A stretch of DNA of 32,734 bases, from positions 1 through 32,734 of the forward strand of contig CAZQLB010000001.1 in NCBI GenBank assembly GCA_964593915.1, read 5' to 3'. This DNA comes from an uncultured Pseudobdellovibrionaceae bacterium. Its GTDB lineage: Bacteria > Pseudomonadota > Alphaproteobacteria > Micavibrionales > Micavibrionaceae. A program made the translations under genes and the position numbers. The notes below the pieces were generated by a model. It made no database searches, had not been told where the DNA came from, and was given only the letters and a program-made list of their open reading frames with translations. Below, piece after piece: positions 7,999-14,595 of the stretch; position 1 is the stretch's first letter, and each line of letters begins with the position of its first letter.

Positions 7999-9219
7999 AT
8001 GTTTCTAGAAGAAAAAGTCGATTTTGATCAGACGAATTTGACGGATTCCGAAAAAATCCGCTCTTATATGCTGAATTTTGGGCCGCAGCACCCGGCTGCG
8101 CACGGTGTCCTTCGCTTGATCATGGAGATGGATGGTGAGGTTGTGGAACGTGCCGATCCCCATATCGGTCTTTTACATCGCGGAACCGAAAAACTTATTG
8201 AATCCAAAACGTACATGCAGGCATTGCCCTATTTTGATCGATTGGATTATGTCAGCCCGATGAATCAGGAACATTGCTTTGCGCTGGCGACTGAAAAATT
8301 GCTGGGTATCACGGCGCCCCGCCGTGCGCAGTATATTCGCGTTCTGTTCTGCGAACTGACCCGTATTTTGAACCACGTTCTGAATATAACGACCTTTGCG
8401 CTGGACGTTGGGGCGATCACGCCTGCCTTGTGGGGATTTGAGGAACGTGAAAAAGGGATGGAGTTTTATGATCGGGTCTGCGGCGCACGCCTGCATGCCA
8501 ATTATATCCGTCCCGGCGGCGTCCATCAGGATGTGCCCCAAGGACTGCTGGAGGATATGGCCGCCTGGACTGATTCGTTCCCCGCGTTTCTGGATGATCT
8601 GGATAATTTGCTGACCGATAACCGTATTTTCAAACAGCGCACGGTGGATATTGGCGTTGCAACCCCCGAAGAAGCGATGGACTGGGGATTTACGGGGCCG
8701 ATGCTGCGCGGATCGGGTGTGGCATGGGACTTGCGCCGGGCACAGCCGTATGACGTGTATGATGAACTGGAATTTGATATTCCGGTCGGTAAAACGGGCG
8801 ATTGCTATGCGCGCTATCTGGTCCGGATGGCCGAAATGCGTGAATCATTAAAAATCATGAAGCAATGTATTCAAAACATGCCGCAGGGTAATGTTATGAT
8901 TGATGATTTTAAGGTCGCGCCCCCCCCGCGTGCCGAGATGAAATCGTCGATGGAGGCCTTGATTCATCATTTTAAACTGTATACCGAAGGGGTGCACGTC
9001 CCCGCCGGCGAAACGTACACCGCCGTTGAAGCCCCAAAGGGGGAATTCGCGGTCTATTTGATGTCAGACGGCACAAATAAACCGTATCGTTGCCATATTC
9101 GCGCCCCGGGCTTTGCCCATTTACAGGCGTTGGATTTCTTGTCACGCGGGCATATGCTGGCCGACGCGGTGTCGATCATCGGATCCATGGATATTGTATT
9201 CGGGGAAATTGACCGGTAG
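7999..9219 (+). CDS. nuoD: NADH-quinone oxidoreductase subunit D
   Basis: [15 protein letters not shown] near the N-terminus, canonical C-terminus ...[11 protein letters not shown], 406 aa. Confidence 0.97.
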   Translation: MFLEEKVDFDQTNLTDSEKIRSYMLNFGPQHPAAHGVLRLIMEMDGEVVERADPHIGLLHRGTEKLIESKTYMQALPYFDRLDYVSPMNQEHCFALATEKLLGITAPRRAQYIRVLFCELTRILNHVLNITTFALDVGAITPALWGFEEREKGMEFYDRVCGARLHANYIRPGGVHQDVPQGLLEDMAAWTDSFPAFLDDLDNLLTDNRIFKQRTVDIGVATPEEAMDWGFTGPMLRGSGVAWDLRRAQPYDVYDELEFDIPVGKTGDCYARYLVRMAEMRESLKIMKQCIQNMPQGNVMIDDFKVAPPPRAEMKSSMEALIHHFKLYTEGVHVPAGETYTAVEAPKGEFAVYLMSDGTNKPYRCHIRAPGFAHLQALDFLSRGHMLADAVSIIGSMDIVFGEIDR

Positions 9220-9238
9220 AAAGAGGCGATCAGGATAT

Positions 9239-9266
9239 TGTCATTCCCGCGAAAGCGGGAATCCAG
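9239..9266. repeat. left terminal inverted repeat / hairpin (tgtcATTCCCGCgaaaGCGGGAATccag)
   Basis: Read directly from the sequence. The internal 8-bp stem ATTCCCGC/GCGGGAAT has a GAAA loop. The reverse complement of 9561-9588 matches it at 27/28 positions; the only mismatch is in the loop. Confidence 0.9.
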
Positions 9267-9274
9267 AGTAAAAA

Positions 9275-9586
9275 ATGCTTGCTGCTGTTTATATTCTTGC
9301 CAATAAAAGAAATGGGACGCTTTATGTCGGGGTATCTTCAAATCTGGTGGGGCGAATCTGGCAGCATAAAAGGGGAGACATAGAAGGGTTTACCAAGAAA
9401 TACGGTGTAAAAATGCTGGTGTGGTATGAGGTGACAGACGATATTTATGCCGCTATAACCCGTGAGAAACAAATAAAAAAATGGAATCGTGGATGGAAAT
9501 TAGAACTGATAGAGAAAATGAATCCAGATTGGAAAGATTTGAGTGAAGATATAGGATTGACTGGATTCCCGCCTTCGCGGGAATGA
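9275..9586 (+). CDS. GIY-YIG nuclease family protein (short stand-alone, COG2827/UPF0213-like)
   Basis: AVYILANKRNGTLYVGVSSNLVGRIWQHKRG...FTKKYGVKMLVWYE...AITREKQIKKWNRGWKLELIE. This fits the GIY...YIG strand pair, the conserved Arg/His helix and the catalytic Glu region of the small GIY-YIG family. Confidence 0.85.
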   Translation: MLAAVYILANKRNGTLYVGVSSNLVGRIWQHKRGDIEGFTKKYGVKMLVWYEVTDDIYAAITREKQIKKWNRGWKLELIEKMNPDWKDLSEDIGLTGFPPSRE

Positions 9587-9588
9587 CA
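9561..9588. repeat. right terminal inverted repeat / hairpin (ctggATTCCCGCcttcGCGGGAATgaca)
   Basis: Inverted copy of 9239-9266. It encodes the GIY-YIG C-terminus (…GFPPSRE) and contains its TGA stop (9584-9586). Confidence 0.9.
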
Positions 9589-9610
9589 TATATGACCGAA
9601 TGAGGGAAAA

Positions 9611-10270
9611 ATGAAAAAACACGTTGATTTTGAAACCGCGCAGGTGCTGTATCCTGCCTTCGCCTTCCGGGATGCGAAAATGGTTGCTGATATTTTATCC
9701 CGTTATCCGGATGAACAGAAACGCTCGGCGATTATGCCCTTGCTGGATCTTGCTCAGCGTCAGGTCGCTGTGGATGGCGCGTCTGCGGCGCCTGTTCCCT
9801 TCGGCGGCTGGATCCCCCGTTCGGCCATGGATGAAATCGCCCGTATCGTAGAAGAACCTCCGGTGAAAGTATATGAAGTTGCCAGTTTTTACAGTATGTA
9901 TAATCTGGAACCTGTTGGAAAATATTTGATCCAGCTGTGTACAACCACCCCCTGTTGGCTGTGCAATGCCGGCGGTATTTTAAAGGCGTGCGAAGATCAT
10001 TTGGGTATTCATATTGGGGACACAACGGCGGATGGGTATTTCACGTTGATGGAGGTGGAATGCCTGGGGGCTTGTGTGAACGCGCCAATGGTTCAAATCA
10101 ATGACGATTATTACGAAGATTTAACCGCCGAAAATATTATTATTTTGCTGGATGATCTGCGGGCGGGGCGTCCTGTGTCTGTCGGATCTCAAAAGGGGCG
10201 GCGCGGATCTATGGCGATTACGGGGCCGACAACGCTGGCCGATCTGGCCCAGAAATCAAACGTGGCGTGA
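9611..10270 (+). CDS. nuoE: NADH-quinone oxidoreductase subunit E
   Basis: Thioredoxin-like 2Fe-2S subunit. Cys ligands in LCTTTPCWLC and VECLGACVNAP. RBS GAGGGA lies upstream. Confidence 0.96.
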   Translation: MKKHVDFETAQVLYPAFAFRDAKMVADILSRYPDEQKRSAIMPLLDLAQRQVAVDGASAAPVPFGGWIPRSAMDEIARIVEEPPVKVYEVASFYSMYNLEPVGKYLIQLCTTTPCWLCNAGGILKACEDHLGIHIGDTTADGYFTLMEVECLGACVNAPMVQINDDYYEDLTAENIIILLDDLRAGRPVSVGSQKGRRGSMAITGPTTLADLAQKSNVA

Positions 10271-10301
10271 TGAGGGATTGCGGCGGCGGGATTGATCCCT
10301 G

Positions 10302-10328
10302 AAAAAAGGCTGGTTGACCACAGGCCTT
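10302..10328 (-). terminator. weak intrinsic terminator candidate for the symporter-Nudix unit
   Basis: On the - strand, TAAGGCCTGTGGTCAACCAGCCTTTTTT: a 5-bp stem AAGGC/GCCTT (+ strand 10306-10310 / 10324-10328) followed by a T-run. It overlaps the Nudix stop codon. The stem is short, so confidence is low. Confidence 0.3.
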
Positions 10329-10818
10329 AGGCCGCATGATTTTTTAAAGGGAGCGGCGCGGCCAGGCGGCCCTTTTGTGCCAGACATTCGTTGATCGTGG
10401 ATGACAGCTGGTCTATTCCGCCCATATTTTGAATCAGATTTATAATCGGCAGAAATAAGTTATCCGGTAATTGCCGAAGATCAAACCATTCCCATGCATC
10501 GAATTTATCCGGTTCCATGCGTTTTGGAATGGTTCCTTTCGGGACGGTTGTGACATAAAAAAGAGTGATATAGTGCGTATCGTTTTCAGGAAAGAGATCG
10601 CTGGTTATACCCAGAAGATAGGGTGAAGGGATATCAATCCCTGTTTCTTCCTTTGTTTCTCGCTGGGCGGTACAGCTGGGATCCTCTCCGAATTCAACAT
10701 GCCCGCCAGGTATACCCCATAGCCCTTGCCCATGACGAGACAGGCGGTGACCCATCAGAATTTGGTTATCCGGGTCTACAAGGAAAACAGCTGCTCCAAC
10801 GAATGGGCGGTTTGTCAT
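10327..10818 (-). CDS. Nudix hydrolase
   Basis: Canonical Nudix box GX5EX7REUXEEXGU: GHVEFGEDPSCTAQRETKEETGI. The start overlaps the upstream symporter stop (ATGA at 10815-10818). Confidence 0.9.
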   Translation of the reverse strand: MTNRPFVGAAVFLVDPDNQILMGHRLSRHGQGLWGIPGGHVEFGEDPSCTAQRETKEETGIDIPSPYLLGITSDLFPENDTHYITLFYVTTVPKGTIPKRMEPDKFDAWEWFDLRQLPDNLFLPIINLIQNMGGIDQLSSTINECLAQKGRLAAPLPLKNHAA

Positions 10819-12365
10819 TCCTTTGTTCCTGCGGGTGCTGTGTGGGATCCTCCTTGGTCTACAAGGGCCGTATGGTCCGTGCCGTGATGGTGCCCGCCAC
10901 CGTGATGGTGGTGATGGTGATAATCACGTTTGCCGATATAGCCGCCAATAAGCATCCCGATAATCGCCATCCCAAGCCCGGCCAATTGGGGCGGAACGAT
11001 CAGTTCAGGCGACCCTTCGGGCAGATTATAGGCAAGGGATTGCAGGAAGACCCACGTGCTGACCCCCATGAGGATAGAGAGCGTAGCGCCGGCCGTATTC
11101 GCGCGTTTCCAATATACACCAAAGGCCAGCGGGACAAATGCGCCGCACAACGTTACCATATAGGCATTTTCAACCATTTCAAAAATGGTGACGCCTTCTT
11201 GTGTGCTGTAATAGCTGTAAACAAAGACAATGCATGCAAACCCGACAACTGTCGTACGCAGTAATTTTAAAAGGTGTTTATCGTCCATGTGCCGCAGCAT
11301 CGGTTTTAAGATGTTTTCAGCAAAAAGGGCCGATGGCGCAAGCAGAGTCCCGGATGCTGTTGACATAATGGCGGAGAGTAGGGCGCCAAAGAAGATTACC
11401 TGGGCATATATGGGCATGTGGTTCATGATAAAGCTGGGCAATATCAATTGGGTATCACCATCCGGGCCCATGTTTTGCGCAACCAACGAAGGGTCGATCA
11501 GCGTCGCCGAATAGGCAATAAAGATGGGAATAAAGGCAAAGACCAAATACAGTGATCCACCCAGAACAGATCCGCGCACGGCTGTTTTCTCATCCTTTGC
11601 GGACATGACGCGTTGGAACACGTCTTGCTGTGGTACGGATCCGAGGGCCATGGTCAAGAATCCCGCCGCAAAAACAAGAATAGAGGCCAGATCCATAGAG
11701 GGCCAGAAATCAAATTTGTCGGCTTCAACTGCGTGCTGGATCACCGCGCCGGCGCCTCCGTCCACCATGCCAGAAATCATGTAACAGATAAATAGCATAC
11801 CCGCGCAGATGATCAACATTTGGATAAAGTCGGTCAGGGCCACCGACCACATCCCCCCAAACATGGTATAGATCAGCACGACCGAGATACCAACCAACAT
11901 CCCCATCTCGCGCGAGATCATCCCATCCGATATCACGTTGAAAACAAGGCCAAGCGCCGCCACCTGGGCCGATACCCACCCCAGATAACTGATGCAAATC
12001 GCAATGGATACAAATACTTCTATCGTGCGGTTATACCGGCGACGGTAAAAATCCCCGATTGTCAGAAGATTCATTTTATAAAGATGCCGGGCAAAGAAAA
12101 CCCCTACGATGATCAAGCAGGCAGAGGCCCCGAACGGATCCGCGATAATCCCGCCCAGGTTTTCATCCAGAAAGGTTGATGAAGTTCCCAAAACGGTTTC
12201 GTACCCAAACCATGTAGCAAATACCGTTGCTGTTGTTATGTATAACGGAAGGGAGCGGCCAGCAACCACATAGTCTTTTGATGTTTTGACCCGCAATGCT
12301 GCGTAAAGGCCGATGGCAATAGACGCCAGAATATATAAAACGACAAAACCGATCAATGTGGACAT
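10815..12365 (-). CDS. sodium:solute symporter (SSS/SLC5) family transporter with His-rich C-terminal tail
   Basis: 516 aa with ~13 hydrophobic segments. SSS-type N-terminus (…DYVVAGRSLPLYITTATVFATWFGYETVLG…LLTIGDFYRRRY). The cytoplasmic tail is …RDYHHHHHHGGGHHHGTDH…. The substrate cannot be assigned from sequence alone. Confidence 0.85.
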   Translation of the reverse strand: MSTLIGFVVLYILASIAIGLYAALRVKTSKDYVVAGRSLPLYITTATVFATWFGYETVLGTSSTFLDENLGGIIADPFGASACLIIVGVFFARHLYKMNLLTIGDFYRRRYNRTIEVFVSIAICISYLGWVSAQVAALGLVFNVISDGMISREMGMLVGISVVLIYTMFGGMWSVALTDFIQMLIICAGMLFICYMISGMVDGGAGAVIQHAVEADKFDFWPSMDLASILVFAAGFLTMALGSVPQQDVFQRVMSAKDEKTAVRGSVLGGSLYLVFAFIPIFIAYSATLIDPSLVAQNMGPDGDTQLILPSFIMNHMPIYAQVIFFGALLSAIMSTASGTLLAPSALFAENILKPMLRHMDDKHLLKLLRTTVVGFACIVFVYSYYSTQEGVTIFEMVENAYMVTLCGAFVPLAFGVYWKRANTAGATLSILMGVSTWVFLQSLAYNLPEGSPELIVPPQLAGLGMAIIGMLIGGYIGKRDYHHHHHHGGGHHHGTDHTALVDQGGSHTAPAGTKE

Positions 12366-12403
12366 GTCTTTGGGCTGCGCTCCTGCCGCGTGATGTTTTT
12401 TGG

Positions 12404-12421
12404 CTTTTAAATATTTAAAAG
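12404..12421. promoter_or_regulatory. perfect 18-bp palindrome (candidate operator) upstream of the symporter gene
   Basis: CTTTTAAATATTTAAAAG is its own reverse complement. It lies 39 bp upstream of the symporter ATG (12365) in the divergent symporter/nuoF spacer. Confidence 0.35.
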
Positions 12422-12503
12422 GTGTTTATGTGTATAAATCTCCGTTTTTTATGATGACTGTGCCTGAAGATGAGTCAAGAAGATTGAGAAAAAGGGATAG
12501 GTT

Positions 12504-12521
12504 ATCAACAGGAATGTTGAT
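12504..12521. promoter_or_regulatory. 7-4-7 inverted repeat (candidate regulator site) in the symporter/nuoF divergent region
   Basis: ATCAACA-GGAA-TGTTGAT read directly. It lies ~140 bp from the symporter start and ~148 bp from the nuoF start. Confidence 0.3.
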
Positions 12522-12668
12522 TTATATTAACGTAATGCTTGTTTAAGGACGAGGCTTCTTATCATTTATTAAAACCGCATATTCCGTGCATCTCCCCCCT
12601 CGCTTTTTTTCTAAAATGGATTATCCTGCCTGTTAGATTGTTTTTTGCACGTGAGAGGATTTTGAACG

Positions 12669-13952
12669 ATGCTTGCGGATCAGGACCGGATTTTTACGAA
12701 TATTTATGGTTGGGGGTCGTCTGGCCTTGCTGGGGCCCGGTCCCGTGGGGACTGGGATGGGACCAAGGATATTATCGCAAAAGGTCGCGACTGGATCATT
12801 GATGAAATGAAAAAGTCCGGTATGCGGGGCCGGGGTGGCGCGGGCTTTCCCACCGGGATGAAATGGTCCTTTATGCCAAAGGAATCCGGCAAACCTCATT
12901 ACCTGGTGATCAACGCGGATGAATCAGAACCTGGAACGTGTAAAGACCGTGATATCCTGCGTCATGATCCGCATAAATTGATTGAAGGTGCCTTGATCGC
13001 TGGTTTCGCGATTGGTGCCCACCGGGCCTATATCTATATCCGGGGTGAGTTTTATAACGAAGGATCTGCCGTCGTAAATGCGATCCGCGAGGCGTATGAC
13101 GCGGGCCTGCTGGGTAAAAACGCGGCGGGGTCCGGATGGGATTTTGATGTTGTCCTGCATCGCGGGGCAGGGGCGTATATCTGCGGTGAAGAATCAGCCT
13201 TGATCGAAAGTATTGAGGGGAAAAAGGGCCAGCCCCGGAACAAGCCGCCCTTTCCCGCTGGTGCCGGGCTTTATTCATGTCCCACCACGGTGAATAATGT
13301 GGAAACGATCGCATCTGTCCCGACCATTATGCGGCGGGGCGGGAGCTGGTTCGCTGGCATTGGCCCTAATGAAAAGAATACGGGAACCAAGTTGTTTTGT
13401 ATTTCGGGTCACGTCAATAATCCCTGTAATGTTGAGGAAGCGATGGGAATTCCTATGCGCGAATTGATTGAAAAACATGCGGGCGGGGTGCGCGGCGGGT
13501 GGGATAATCTGCTGGCTGTGATTCCGGGGGGATCGTCCACCCCGCTTTTGCCCAAAGATTTGTGCGAAAAAGCGATGATGGATTTTGATTCTCTTAAGAC
13601 TCTGCAATCCTTGTTGGGGACCGCGGGTCTGATCGTGATGGATAAATCCACGGATATTATTTATGCGATTGCGCGGCTGTCGTTCTTTTACATGCATGAA
13701 AGCTGTGGGCAGTGTACGCCGTGCCGCGAGGGGACGGGGTGGATGTGGCGAATCATGCAGCGTATGGTCAAAGGCAATGCCACGATCGATGAAATTGATA
13801 CCCTTTTGGATATTTCAAAAGAGATTGAAGGGCATACAATCTGTGCGCACGGCGATGCATCGGGCTGGCCGATCCAGGGGTTGATGCGGCATTTCCGCCC
13901 TGTGGTTGAGCAGCGTATTTTAGATTACCGCAAAACGGCAAAGGCGGCGTAA
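12669..13952 (+). CDS. nuoF: NADH-quinone oxidoreductase subunit F
   Basis: N-terminus [21 protein letters not shown] motifs [10 protein letters not shown] and [11 protein letters not shown]3 cluster motif [22 protein letters not shown] lies upstream. Confidence 0.97.
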   Translation: MLADQDRIFTNIYGWGSSGLAGARSRGDWDGTKDIIAKGRDWIIDEMKKSGMRGRGGAGFPTGMKWSFMPKESGKPHYLVINADESEPGTCKDRDILRHDPHKLIEGALIAGFAIGAHRAYIYIRGEFYNEGSAVVNAIREAYDAGLLGKNAAGSGWDFDVVLHRGAGAYICGEESALIESIEGKKGQPRNKPPFPAGAGLYSCPTTVNNVETIASVPTIMRRGGSWFAGIGPNEKNTGTKLFCISGHVNNPCNVEEAMGIPMRELIEKHAGGVRGGWDNLLAVIPGGSSTPLLPKDLCEKAMMDFDSLKTLQSLLGTAGLIVMDKSTDIIYAIARLSFFYMHESCGQCTPCREGTGWMWRIMQRMVKGNATIDEIDTLLDISKEIEGHTICAHGDASGWPIQGLMRHFRPVVEQRILDYRKTAKAA

Positions 13953-13958
13953 GAAATA

Positions 13959-14255
13959 ATGACAACCCCCAGTGAATCCATTTTGAATCGATTGCGTGCA
14001 TTAAAGCCCGCTTTGGCCGCGCGTGGAGTCACACGCCTGCGCGTTTTTGGATCGGTTGCACGCGGGGAAGCACGGGATGATAGTGATGTAGATTTGATTG
14101 TTGATTTCGATCAGAAACCAGATCTACTTGAATTTTCCGAACTTCGTTTGGATCTTATTGATCTTTTAGGGCGTGATGTCGATTTATTGACAGATGCGGC
14201 GATACACCCACGCATGCGGGTTGATATTCTGAATGAGGCCCGTGATGTCGAATAA
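13959..14255 (+). CDS. mntA: MNT-family nucleotidyltransferase, antitoxin of a HEPN/MNT (type VII) TA pair
   Basis: 98 aa. Minimal NTase motif FGSVARGEARDDSDVDLIVDF (GSx10-12DxD). It overlaps the downstream HEPN gene by 23 bp. Confidence 0.85.
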   Translation: MTTPSESILNRLRALKPALAARGVTRLRVFGSVARGEARDDSDVDLIVDFDQKPDLLEFSELRLDLIDLLGRDVDLLTDAAIHPRMRVDILNEARDVE

Positions 14256-14595
14256 AAAGAATTGGTATGCCAGGGTTGATGATATTCTAGAATCTATCTT
14301 GGTGATTGAAGAGAGTATTGATGGACTTAGTTTTGAGGACTTTAAATCAAATAGGGTTTTATTTTATGCTGTGTCGCGGGCTATTGAAATTATTGGCGAA
14401 GCAGCAAAAAATATCCCTGATGATGTCCTTGAAAAATACCCTGAAGGGATGTGGCGAGGGGTAAAGGGAATGCGTGATATTATTGCACATGAATATGCGC
14501 GATTAGATAAAGAGCTCATGTGGAATGTTGCTGTTCAGCGTATTCCAGATTTGAAACATACGATTTTGAAAATGATAAAAGATATAGGTTCCTAA
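14233..14595 (+). CDS. hepT: HepT-like HEPN (DUF86) RNase toxin
   Basis: 120 aa. HEPN Rx4HxY motif (MRDIIAHEYARLD) at the usual C-terminal-third position. Paired with the upstream MNT gene. Its stop TAA (14593-14595) directly abuts the nuoG ATG (14596). Confidence 0.85.
   Translation: MRPVMSNKKNWYARVDDILESILVIEESIDGLSFEDFKSNRVLFYAVSRAIEIIGEAAKNIPDDVLEKYPEGMWRGVKGMRDIIAHEYARLDKELMWNVAVQRIPDLKHTILKMIKDIGS

Larger units (their letters stand above)
9239..9588 (+). mobile_element. compact TIR-bounded GIY-YIG nuclease cassette inserted in the nuoD-nuoE spacer
   Basis: 28-bp terminal inverted repeats (27/28 identical) at 9239-9266 and 9561-9588 enclose a single 103-aa GIY-YIG ORF. The ORF's last codons and stop lie inside the right repeat. 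TAT immediately flanks both ends (9236-9238 and 9589-9591); this may be a target duplication or chance. Confidence 0.6.

Noticed and set aside
9054-9341. A - strand 95-aa ORF spanning the nuoD 3' end and the left hairpin repeat (…SRFRGNDNI…).
   Set aside because: It overlaps nuoD and the GIY-YIG gene start. The 'RFRGND' peptide is simply a translation of the palindromic repeat, not evidence for a gene.
12539-12802. An 87-aa + strand ORF overlapping the nuoF start.
   Set aside because: It is out of frame with nuoF, whose N-terminus ([14 protein letters not shown]) and RBS are canonical. The ORF has no RBS or recognisable motif.
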